Translations under genes and position numbers: made by a program
Shown: positions 45,305 through 54,013 of the stretch, piece after piece
Numbering within the stretch: position 1 is the first letter of the stretch
Layout of the letters: every line of letters begins with the position of its first letter
Notes under the pieces: generated by a model
Database searches by the model: none
The model's input: only the letters and a program-made list of their open reading frames with translations
What the model was told of the DNA's origin: nothing
Virus record (IMG/VR): IMGVR_UViG_3300021185_002017
Strand: one strand, 5' to 3'
Length of the DNA stretch: 64,000 nt
DNA from: a virus
Taxonomy: Duplodnaviria; Caudoviricetes

Positions 45305-45312
45305 TATTTATC
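45305..45312 (-). promoter_or_regulatory. Late promoter GATAAATA (N5 to ATG)
   Basis: GATAAATA-GTGTT-ATG. Confidence 0.8.
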
Positions 45313-45314
45313 TA

Positions 45315-46451
45315 CTAAAAGGCTTTTAATATGATAGTTGTGTCATTAAAACGCCCGTTCATCTTAGTATCCGTTGTCGTAAGGTCCTTAAACGCCTTAC
45401 TAAACTTAGTCTTTGCATTTCCAGTCCAGTTTTTAATTTGTTCTGCTGGTTTACGCAATGTTTTTTGTACACTCTTAGTAGGATGAAAATCTTGTAGTGT
45501 TGTTCCTTTAACAGTCATGCCGCCTTTTAGATCATCTACTACATACATGCCTACTTTACGAGTTTTTGTATTATACACCCAAATCTCTGTTGCGTCAATG
45601 ACTTCAGTTGGATTAATACTTGCAATACCTAATCCACTGTCATTAATCTGGAACTTCAATTTGCTTACAACTTTTTCTTTACTTACTGCTTTAGGCTTAC
45701 GAGTCTTTCTGTTTGCTTTGCCTGTTAAGATAAATGCATCACAAGCCGCATTAATTTTTTCATAAATGGCCAAGAAGTCTTTACGCATTTTCTTGTCCAT
45801 GAAGTTGTATGCTTCTTTAATGTCTTCGTCTTTCCATTCTACAACTTCTAATGCTTCTCGATATGCTGAATCAAAATCGTCTTTAATAATTTTTGCATGA
45901 TTAGGTTTTACAACGCCACCACCGTACACTTTCATTTCTGTAAACGGGTCAAACTTTTTAAGATCAAACTTACCAGTTACTAAATCATCAATGTGACCTT
46001 CCCAATTGCCTAATAGGCCTTGCACCTGCTCGAACATTCTTTGTTGTATACTAACTTTGGGTTTTGCATCAGCCGCCTTTGCTTCTTTCTCTTCTATGAT
46101 GTTTTCGGCTTTGTTTTCTAATGCAGGAATTTTATTTAATAGATGTTCCTTAACATCTGGGTTCATGTAGCCATTTGTTTTGTGCCAAATGTAAGTGTGT
46201 TTAGCAAACGAACTAAACCACACATCAGGAACCTTTCTTAACTTCTTGATTAGGTCTTTGTCTAAGCCGCTATCTTTTTCTAACCAAGTAAAGATTGTAG
46301 ATGCACATTTCTTGTCTGCTACTTCGTAATGTACAAAGTATTCAAACTTGCGATACAATTTAGTCTTCTCTTCGTCAGTTTTAAGGGTATGTATTTCCTG
46401 CCACTTAGGTTCTGGCATTAAATATATGTCTTTACTTTTGCGTCTGGCCAT
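45315..46451 (-). CDS. Hypothetical Lys-rich protein
   Basis: 378-aa ORF under the upstream sigma70 promoter. Confidence 0.75.
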   Translation of the reverse strand: MARRKSKDIYLMPEPKWQEIHTLKTDEEKTKLYRKFEYFVHYEVADKKCASTIFTWLEKDSGLDKDLIKKLRKVPDVWFSSFAKHTYIWHKTNGYMNPDVKEHLLNKIPALENKAENIIEEKEAKAADAKPKVSIQQRMFEQVQGLLGNWEGHIDDLVTGKFDLKKFDPFTEMKVYGGGVVKPNHAKIIKDDFDSAYREALEVVEWKDEDIKEAYNFMDKKMRKDFLAIYEKINAACDAFILTGKANRKTRKPKAVSKEKVVSKLKFQINDSGLGIASINPTEVIDATEIWVYNTKTRKVGMYVVDDLKGGMTVKGTTLQDFHPTKSVQKTLRKPAEQIKNWTGNAKTKFSKAFKDLTTTDTKMNGRFNDTTIILKAF

Positions 46452-46684
46452 TAGTCACTCTCAATTTCATAAGGATTGTTATATACTTCTTTAACCAATG
46501 CTGGCCATTGATTAAATCCGATTATGCTATTTTTATCTTTCAACGCATTTTTATCCTTGAGAAATTGAACAATTTGTATGATCCCGCTGAACTTACCGTT
46601 TAGTTGTCCAGCTCTAAACGAAAAGTAACTGTTAAGAATTACAAATGCAAGTGCTAGTAGTATCTCATTAAATTCCATACCCAT
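46451..46684 (-). CDS. Small protein with N-terminal transmembrane helix
   Basis: EILLALAFVILNSYFSF, with GGAGA RBS. Confidence 0.65.
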   Translation of the reverse strand: MGMEFNEILLALAFVILNSYFSFRAGQLNGKFSGIIQIVQFLKDKNALKDKNSIIGFNQWPALVKEVYNNPYEIESD

Positions 46685-46705
46685 GTCTCCGTGTCTAAAA
46701 ACGCT

Positions 46706-46734
46706 ATTTTAGCATTAGTTATCATCGATGTCAA
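46706..46734 (-). promoter_or_regulatory. Sigma70 promoter TTGACA-N17-TAAAAT with extended -10
   Basis: Read directly. Confidence 0.8.
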
Positions 46735-46737
46735 GAA

Positions 46738-48606
46738 CTACTTATGATTGAGTGGAGAAATTAGGTTCGTTTGCCAGTTCCTACGGCGTCCAAAGAAGAG
46801 CCAATCGATGTGTTCGTCGGCTGTTTTTGCAAAATTATTGTAGCGATCACTGACTGTTACCGCTGAAGTTTGTAAAAGATCTGATGTTAATTCGACTGTT
46901 ACAGGTTCTGTAATGTACTGATCAAATTGTTTTGGCATTAGCAATGCTAATTTTTTGTAGTCGTTGATTACTTCATATGGCACATTAGCATATTGATCTG
47001 TAAAGTCTACTACTAGCTCTACTAAACGAGGCACATAATTATTTAACTGTGCAATAGGCATGAAACTGTTGATACCTTTCCATCCACCCTTGATAGTGTA
47101 GCCACCAATAGTATGCAAATTGTATCCTGTTTGTTTCCAAAGCGAGTATCCTTCTTTGTGTTGTTCGAACCATTTACTAATCTCTGGATCAGTTTGTACA
47201 TACTCCATTAGTGATGCATAGAATTCGCTGTATTGTATGTTTGCTTTACGATACATATAGTCTGCGATAAGTGTAGTTACACCGTAACTATGCATACCCA
47301 CAACAAACCAAGAGTACTTACTTAGATCGTACATTTCTTCTTTTGTTAATGTGCTAGAACTACTAATAATGTTAATTGACTCTGCTGTTCCGTTGTTAAT
47401 TTCTTGTTCTACATCACTAGTAGTTTCATAAAAATAATCGTATGCTCTAAATGTTTCCATTCCAAAAGTTTCTTTGTCTTCTACATTCATAGGGGCATTT
47501 TCAATCAACTGTAAATAAAAAATATCCATGTTAATAACATTGTTTTCAAACATTGTATCGATAACTTTTAACCAACTGCTGTATGTTTCGCCTGGCATAC
47601 CCATGATAAGTTCTGTCATAATTGGCAAATTATATTCTTTTGCTTTTTGTGTTACTACTGCAACACTGTTAATTTTCATGTTGTCTCGTTTAACATTCTT
47701 TAACACTTCGGGTGTTGTTGACTGAAAACTTGCAGCTGGTGCATTTTGAATATTAGCGTCTAATAACTTTCTACCAATTTGGTAAACTGCATCTATATTG
47801 TTTTTTGCATAACTAGCACTAAGAACTTCTGGGATACCTGTTCGTTGTTTTGCTTCTATCATGTAGTCTGCTATTTCTAAATCTCGTTTGAATGCACCAA
47901 AGTTACTTGCAGTAAAATTAAAATAAGGCATCTTGTTATCAGCACACCAGTTAATCTCATCATGTATTCGTTGCATGTGAAACTTATGCATTTTACTTGC
48001 TGTTGCACTACCCCAGTCACAGTAAGTACACTTGAATGGGCAACCTCTGTCTGTTTCTATCGTAGGCACCCATTCTATATCTGGGTTTGCTTCTATTAAA
48101 CTATCAAACACTCCTGTTAAATATGGACTTGGTAATTTGTCTAGTTCTTTTATTCTTTCAAACTGTAATGTTTTTGGCAAGTCTTCTCCAGCAATAATGT
48201 TTCGCATCACTGCAAGAGCGGCTTGTTCGCCTTCGTTAATTGCTATAGAATCTATATATGGGTGTTTGTCAAAGAAGTTTTTATCTCGCCATGGTATTTC
48301 AGGTCCACCTGCTACAATGATAATATCTGGGTTAACTCTTTTGAGTGTTCTTAACAGTTTGTAACAGTAATTAATATTCCACATATACATACTGCAAAAT
48401 ATTACATCACAATCAACAAGTTGTTCAACTGCATCGCCTATTAAAGGTCTTTGAAAAATCCAACTGTGTATTTTAAAGTTATCTTGTATATCTTTATATT
48501 GATTTACATAACTCCACAGGCATCCTAAAGTGTACGGCAAGTACCAACTGTTCAGATGTTTTGGTCCTGTCTGAAAATTAGGCTGTATTAGTCCTACGGT
48601 TTTCAT
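46738..48606 (-). CDS. Cobalamin (B12)-binding class B radical SAM enzyme
   Basis: N-terminal B12-binding Rossmann domain (LPYTLGCL, SMYMWN, IVAGGPE, NEGE) and ETDRGCPFKCTYCDWG (CxxxCxxC), ELIMGMPGET. Confidence 0.88.
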   Translation of the reverse strand: MKTVGLIQPNFQTGPKHLNSWYLPYTLGCLWSYVNQYKDIQDNFKIHSWIFQRPLIGDAVEQLVDCDVIFCSMYMWNINYCYKLLRTLKRVNPDIIIVAGGPEIPWRDKNFFDKHPYIDSIAINEGEQAALAVMRNIIAGEDLPKTLQFERIKELDKLPSPYLTGVFDSLIEANPDIEWVPTIETDRGCPFKCTYCDWGSATASKMHKFHMQRIHDEINWCADNKMPYFNFTASNFGAFKRDLEIADYMIEAKQRTGIPEVLSASYAKNNIDAVYQIGRKLLDANIQNAPAASFQSTTPEVLKNVKRDNMKINSVAVVTQKAKEYNLPIMTELIMGMPGETYSSWLKVIDTMFENNVINMDIFYLQLIENAPMNVEDKETFGMETFRAYDYFYETTSDVEQEINNGTAESINIISSSSTLTKEEMYDLSKYSWFVVGMHSYGVTTLIADYMYRKANIQYSEFYASLMEYVQTDPEISKWFEQHKEGYSLWKQTGYNLHTIGGYTIKGGWKGINSFMPIAQLNNYVPRLVELVVDFTDQYANVPYEVINDYKKLALLMPKQFDQYITEPVTVELTSDLLQTSAVTVSDRYNNFAKTADEHIDWLFFGRRRNWQTNLISPLNHK

Positions 48607-48607
48607 T

Positions 48608-49525
48608 TTACTTAGGATCTTGGTGTGTTACCCACCACTCGATTGTTCTTTCTAAGCCTTCGTGTAAATCTACTTTTGGTTCCCATCCTAGCATTTTTGT
48701 AATTTTACGATTAGTACTGTTAAGTAAAAATATTTCACCAGGTCTATGTGGCTTGTAATTCCATTCTATTTCGCCATTCCATCCTAACTTATGTGCAATC
48801 ATGTTTGCATAGTCCTTAATTTTAATTGCATTGTCTGGTCCTATGCAAAATATTTCTCCTGCACATTTGTCTGGGTTCTCAATAACACATTTCCATGCCT
48901 GAAGTAAATCATCAATGTAAATAAAGTTTCTGTAAGGCTCTGCATAACCTAATTGAATCTTTTCATGGTTATTAATCATTTGATTAATAATTTGTTCTGT
49001 TACAAAGAAGTCGTTATCTTTTCTACCATACGCATTAGTTTGCCTAATAGCAGTAAACGGTAAGCCATAACTTCTATGTGCATATTCTAAATACTTTTCA
49101 CAAGCATACTTGGCAACTGCATACGGAGCATTCGGATTTGGTTGTGTATCTTCGTCAAATGCTATCACATAGTTTTCTTGTCCAGCTCTGATTAAATCAC
49201 TAATAGGTTGCCAGCCATACACTTCCATTGTACTAGCAAACACAAAATTCTTTAAGTTTTTAAGTTCTCTACATGCTTCAATTAAATTTACTGTACCAAC
49301 ATAATTAATATCACTAAATTCTATTTGTTCTGTAAAACTTTTCTCTACTTCTGTTCTAGCGGCTAAGTGTACTATTATTTCTGGGTCAAATCTGCGTAAT
49401 TCTTCTTTTACATTTTCGTGTTCTCTGAGATCGCAACCTAACGCACAGATTTCGTGCTTATCTTGTAGCAATGGCACCATATGTGAGCCAATAAACCCAT
49501 CATGCCCTGTAATAAAAATTCTCAA
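48608..49525 (-). CDS. NAD-dependent NDP-sugar epimerase/dehydratase
   Basis: ITGHDGFIG, HLAA, ASTMEVYG, YAVAK (YxxxK), NAYG. TTG start with GAGGA RBS. Confidence 0.92.
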   Translation of the reverse strand: MRIFITGHDGFIGSHMVPLLQDKHEICALGCDLREHENVKEELRRFDPEIIVHLAARTEVEKSFTEQIEFSDINYVGTVNLIEACRELKNLKNFVFASTMEVYGWQPISDLIRAGQENYVIAFDEDTQPNPNAPYAVAKYACEKYLEYAHRSYGLPFTAIRQTNAYGRKDNDFFVTEQIINQMINNHEKIQLGYAEPYRNFIYIDDLLQAWKCVIENPDKCAGEIFCIGPDNAIKIKDYANMIAHKLGWNGEIEWNYKPHRPGEIFLLNSTNRKITKMLGWEPKVDLHEGLERTIEWWVTHQDPK

Positions 49526-49550
49526 TTGTGTGTCCTCATTTGATAGTAAC

Positions 49551-49558
49551 TATTTAGC
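49551..49558 (-). promoter_or_regulatory. Late promoter variant GCTAAATA
   Basis: Only promoter-like motif seen upstream of the epimerase-rSAM pair. Confidence 0.5.
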
Positions 49559-49577
49559 AGATAGCGTTTTAGATCTT

Positions 49578-49585
49578 GATAAATA
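49578..49585 (+). promoter_or_regulatory. Late promoter GATAAATA (N5 to ATG)
   Basis: GATAAATA-GTGTT-ATG at 49591. Confidence 0.8.
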
Positions 49586-49590
49586 GTGTT

Positions 49591-50652
49591 ATGCCAAGAT
49601 TGAGTTTATGGAATCCAACAAAGACAAACGATTTCGATTTTATTGATCGAGTCGTTGGTGAACACCTCCACGCGGGTGGGACCGGTGTGCATTTGCACAA
49701 ATATTTAGGTACACAGGCTATTGCAGACACAAAAGACCCTACAAGGCCTGGAACTGACGGCAGTAACACTGAAGTTTTTATACAAGACTTGCTATTCTTA
49801 GAAAATAGAGATAGACGATACGATAAAAACATATACGAGTTGCGTGGACAATACAACATAGGCGACAATGACGGATTTGATTTAACACAATTCGGAATGT
49901 TTTTGGCAAACGATACCCTGTTTATGAATTTCCATATAGAAAGTATGGTTGAAACAGTAGGTAGAAAATTAATGGCTGGTGATGTAATCGAATTACCTCA
50001 CTTACGAGACGACTTATTATTAGGTAGTGACGAAGCCATAAACAGATTTTATGTAGTAACGGATGCTAGTAGACCAGCAGAAGGTTTTGATCCTCGTTGG
50101 TGGCCTCATTTATGGAGAGTTAAACTAGGTCCTATTACAGACTCACAAGAATACAGAGATATTCTTGGTACCGGCGAGGAAGAAGGCGATCTTAGAAATC
50201 TTATTAGCACTTATGCTGACGAAATTGCAATTAGTGAAGCAATCACTGAAGCAGCTGAAAAAGATGTACCGTATAATCCTCAGCAGAACGATACAGCACA
50301 TTTATATGTAGATGAAAATGCAAAAGGCAAACCTAGAATTGACTTTGCTTCTGCAGATGGTACTCCACCAAACGGAGCATCTATAGTTGGTAGTGGGGAA
50401 TCATTCCCAACTAGTGGTACAACAGATGGTGATTACTTTTTGCGTACAGACTTTGTGCCTAATAGATTATTCGAAAAGCAAGGTTCTCGTTGGAAATTTA
50501 TTAAATCAAATAGCAGTGGGTCGTGGACGGCTGCAAATAGAATACTTACAGGCTTTATTAACAATGAAAATCTTGTTAGCAACGCAGACGGGACTATTAC
50601 AGGAGAAAAAGTCAATCTAAGCCAGGTAGTTAAGCCTAAGACGGATAACTAA
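49591..50652 (+). CDS. Neck/head-closure protein (gp14-like)
   Basis: MPRLSLW start, DLLFLENRDRRYD, FDLTQFGMF, GDVIELPHL, WWPHLWRVK. Adjacent to gp15. Confidence 0.7.
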   Translation: MPRLSLWNPTKTNDFDFIDRVVGEHLHAGGTGVHLHKYLGTQAIADTKDPTRPGTDGSNTEVFIQDLLFLENRDRRYDKNIYELRGQYNIGDNDGFDLTQFGMFLANDTLFMNFHIESMVETVGRKLMAGDVIELPHLRDDLLLGSDEAINRFYVVTDASRPAEGFDPRWWPHLWRVKLGPITDSQEYRDILGTGEEEGDLRNLISTYADEIAISEAITEAAEKDVPYNPQQNDTAHLYVDENAKGKPRIDFASADGTPPNGASIVGSGESFPTSGTTDGDYFLRTDFVPNRLFEKQGSRWKFIKSNSSGSWTAANRILTGFINNENLVSNADGTITGEKVNLSQVVKPKTDN

Positions 50653-50681
50653 TGTTTAGTATTTTTAACAGAGGAAAGAAA

Positions 50682-51125
50682 ATGAACAGAGAATCAGTAT
50701 TTGAACAACTAAAAATTGACGAAGGAGTTGTTTATGAAATTTATAAAGACCATTTGGGCTACCCAACTTTCGGAGTTGGCCACCTGGTCCTCGAATCAGA
50801 TCCAGAGTTTGGACAAGAAGTCGGAACACCTGTCTCAGAAGACAGAGTTAGAGACTGCTTTGAACGTGACCTTGACACCTCAATTAGTGAGTGTGTTGCT
50901 TTATATGGAGAACAGTTCAATGAATGGCCAGGAGAAGTGCAAGAGATCTTAGTGAACATGATGTTCAATATGGGTCGTACTCGTTTAGGCAAGTTTCAAA
51001 ACTTCCGTAAAGCACTAGAAGCTCAGGATTGGAAACAAGCAGGAATAGAAGGCAGAGATAGCCGTTGGCACAAACAGGTAACTAACCGTGCTGAAAGACT
51101 AATGGTAAGATTAGAACAAGTATAA
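50682..51125 (+). CDS. T4-type lysozyme (GH24)
   Basis: DEGVVYEIYKDHLGYPTFGVGHL (E-x8-D-x5-T), NMMFNMG, SRWHKQVTNRA. Start moved to 50682 (GAGG RBS). Confidence 0.92.
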   Translation: MNRESVFEQLKIDEGVVYEIYKDHLGYPTFGVGHLVLESDPEFGQEVGTPVSEDRVRDCFERDLDTSISECVALYGEQFNEWPGEVQEILVNMMFNMGRTRLGKFQNFRKALEAQDWKQAGIEGRDSRWHKQVTNRAERLMVRLEQV

Positions 51126-51131
51126 GGCATT

Positions 51132-51575
51132 ATGGAAGAGATGAGAGAACTTAATGAGCAACGAGTTTGCGAATTATTAAATGAAATAGTAGAACTAGAA
51201 ATGGCTGGTGTTGTAAGATACGCACACAGTTCATTGATGATTACTGGACCATATAGATTACCTATTGTAACTTTTTTGCAAGAACAAGCAAATGAAAGTT
51301 TACAACATGCATTACAAGCAGGCGAATTTATAACAGGATTCGAAGGTCATCCAAGCCAAAAGATTTCTAAAATTGAAGAGAATCACGACCACAGTGTATT
51401 ACAAATACTCACCGAAAGTTTAGAACACGAAATGAATGCTGTCAGCAAGTACAAGGAACTATTAAATGAAGTTGCTGATGCGAGTATTATGTTAGAAGAA
51501 TATGCTAGAGGTCAAATTGGCATGGAAGAGCAACATGCTTTAGAAATCAAAAAGATGCTCAAGGACTTTGGATAA
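51132..51575 (+). CDS. Bacterioferritin/ferritin-like four-helix-bundle protein
   Basis: ELEMAGVVRY, NESLQHA, LEHEMNAVSKY, MEEQHA. Confidence 0.85.
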   Translation: MEEMRELNEQRVCELLNEIVELEMAGVVRYAHSSLMITGPYRLPIVTFLQEQANESLQHALQAGEFITGFEGHPSQKISKIEENHDHSVLQILTESLEHEMNAVSKYKELLNEVADASIMLEEYARGQIGMEEQHALEIKKMLKDFG

Positions 51576-51590
51576 CAAAGGTAACATATA

Positions 51591-52940
51591 ATGGCAAAGA
51601 AAAACTTAGATTACTGGTACGATGGCCAAGTTAAAAGATACTTGCAACAACTTATCAGAGTCTTTTCACATTTTCAAGTAGCAGAAAATACATCTAATGG
51701 TGTACACTACAATACTGTGCCTTGCCGTTATGCAGATCAAAGTAGAATGGTTGCACAAATACTACGCAATAACTCAGAGAATGTTGTTGCTAGTGCGCCT
51801 TTTATAGCATGTAGTATACAGAGTTTACAGGTTGCTAGAGATAGAATCATGGAGCCTAACTTTGTGAAAACTTCACAGGTTGCTGAACGAGAATTTAATA
51901 CTGCTACAGGACAATATGAATCAGGGCAAGGAAACTTGTACACTGTACAGCGATATATGCCTGTACCGTATAATTTAACATTACAAGTAGATATATGGAC
52001 AACCAACACTGATACTAAACTGCAAATATTAGAGCAGTTAATGATATTATTCAATCCTACTATACAGTTACAATCAAACAATAATCCATTAGATTGGACT
52101 AATATATTTGAACTTGAATTAACTGATGTGCAGTGGAGCAGTAGAAGTATACCGCAAGGCGTTGACGAATCAATTGATGTTGCAACAATGAGTTTTGCAA
52201 TACCTATTTGGCTTAGTCCACCTGCTAAAGTTAAGAAGCAAACTATTATACAACAAATAGTAACTGACTTACACGAAACAAACGATATAGATAGTTTAGG
52301 GTTTGATTCAGACTTAGCAGACTTTTTTGCACAGGTACCAGACACTGCTGAAATTGTTACAACACCAGGTGATTACAAATTACAAATTGACGGTGCTAGT
52401 GCGGTATTGTTAGATAGTGCATACAACGGAGTTCGTTGGGCTGACTTAATAGAGATGCAAGGCGAGTTAACAGCAACATCTAAACTTAAATTAAACTTAA
52501 CTAATGACAGCGATAATGATTTAGATGCTGTTATAGGAAGTGTATCATATAACACAATTGACCCAACAAAATTAATATTTAATATTGACCCAGAAACACT
52601 TCCAGCAGATACATTAGATAATGTAGATAAAATATTAGATCCTAGAACATCGTACCCAAGCGATGGCAGTTTAGCATCAGCAGAAACAGGACAAAGATAT
52701 TTAATAACAGAAACACTTACAAAGTCAGGATATCCTAATTGGGATATTGAGGCTAATGAAAATGATATCATAGAATATGATGGTACAAAATGGGTAGTAT
52801 CTTTTAATGCTAGTAACATTGATACTTTACAATATACAACAAACACATACACAAATAAGCAATATAAATGGTCCAATGGTTCTTGGACTAGCAGTCACGA
52901 AGGTGTTTACAATGCAACCTTTTGGCGTTTGTTGCTTTAA
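51591..52940 (+). CDS. Tail terminator/sheath stabiliser (gp15-like) with C-terminal extension
   Basis: MPVPYNLTLQVDIWTTN, LQILEQLMILFNP, WLSPPAKVKK. Confidence 0.8.
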   Translation: MAKKNLDYWYDGQVKRYLQQLIRVFSHFQVAENTSNGVHYNTVPCRYADQSRMVAQILRNNSENVVASAPFIACSIQSLQVARDRIMEPNFVKTSQVAEREFNTATGQYESGQGNLYTVQRYMPVPYNLTLQVDIWTTNTDTKLQILEQLMILFNPTIQLQSNNNPLDWTNIFELELTDVQWSSRSIPQGVDESIDVATMSFAIPIWLSPPAKVKKQTIIQQIVTDLHETNDIDSLGFDSDLADFFAQVPDTAEIVTTPGDYKLQIDGASAVLLDSAYNGVRWADLIEMQGELTATSKLKLNLTNDSDNDLDAVIGSVSYNTIDPTKLIFNIDPETLPADTLDNVDKILDPRTSYPSDGSLASAETGQRYLITETLTKSGYPNWDIEANENDIIEYDGTKWVVSFNASNIDTLQYTTNTYTNKQYKWSNGSWTSSHEGVYNATFWRLLL

Positions 52941-52951
52941 GAGGAAAATAA

Positions 52952-53374
52952 ATGACTACAGCAGCAGGAGTTTTATTTCTTGCTAAAGACACAGGAAGAT
53001 GTCTTTTTCAATTAAGAAAGGCTGAAAAGAGATTTAAAAACACATGGGGTTTCTGGGGAGGCACCATGCACAAAGCCGAAACGCCATATGCTTGTATCCA
53101 ACGAGAGTTAAAAGAAGAAATTGGGTTCGTTCCAGAACTTCAAAAATTAAATCCTATCGATGTATTCCAAAGTAAAGATAAAAAGTTTTTTTACTACAGT
53201 TTCATATATGTAGTAGACAAAGAATTTTCACCTATATTAAATAACGAGAGTGCAGGTTACTGCTGGGTTGATATTGATTGGTGGCCTTCTCCGTTGCACA
53301 CAGGAGCAAAGGTTACTCTTGTTAACAACAAAGGTGCAGAAAAAATTCACACAATCCTAGAAGTAAATTCCTGA
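52952..53374 (+). CDS. NUDIX hydrolase
   Basis: WGFWGGTMHKAETPYACIQRELKEEIG Nudix box. Confidence 0.9.
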   Translation: MTTAAGVLFLAKDTGRCLFQLRKAEKRFKNTWGFWGGTMHKAETPYACIQRELKEEIGFVPELQKLNPIDVFQSKDKKFFYYSFIYVVDKEFSPILNNESAGYCWVDIDWWPSPLHTGAKVTLVNNKGAEKIHTILEVNS

Positions 53375-53380
53375 TAAATA
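53373..53380 (+). promoter_or_regulatory. Late promoter GATAAATA (N6 to ATG)
   Basis: GATAAATA-TATAAC-ATG. Confidence 0.7.
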
Positions 53381-53386
53381 TATAAC

Positions 53387-54013
53387 ATGAAAGGCGAGGT
53401 AATAAACTTCGAAGTTCTACGGATACAAAGCGAACTTGATAATTATAGTCGCACAGAAACCTTACCACACCTACTGTTGAACGGGGCATATGATTTAGAT
53501 GAAATATTTGATGCCTACTACGATAAACTAACACCCAAACACAAACTAATTGCAGATCACTTAAAGAGTAACTATGCTACTACTTTAACTAACTGTATAA
53601 CAAGTTTGCGTATGGCTTTGAAAAAAGAGTATGTGGCGGTGATGAAGGATTTATCAACGGAACATGAATCGTTTATATTTGACCATGTTATGAACAAATA
53701 TAGACCGGGCATAAATCCTGTTAGGGCATTGTATTACGAGATACGAGAAGTAAAAAGAAATTTTAGTAGTGAGAACGACTATCATGTCTGGCTGACTGAA
53801 TTACTTACAGACAAAGGCTTTAGAAATATTCTCGAAGATGCTCTAAGAAAAGATGTAACTCGATTAGAAAAAATTATTGCTAGATACTATTTGCCAATAG
53901 TTAAAAACTCTACTGATATACCGCTTGAACTGTTTCATGCTAAACAAACTATTAGTGACTTCCGTCACTATGCTGGTGTGTTTAGAGATATAGACGGTTC
54001 TATGTTTGAGTAA
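53387..54013 (+). CDS. Hypothetical helical protein
   Basis: 208-aa ORF. Its stop abuts the convergent cyclase stop. Confidence 0.65.
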   Translation: MKGEVINFEVLRIQSELDNYSRTETLPHLLLNGAYDLDEIFDAYYDKLTPKHKLIADHLKSNYATTLTNCITSLRMALKKEYVAVMKDLSTEHESFIFDHVMNKYRPGINPVRALYYEIREVKRNFSSENDYHVWLTELLTDKGFRNILEDALRKDVTRLEKIIARYYLPIVKNSTDIPLELFHAKQTISDFRHYAGVFRDIDGSMFE

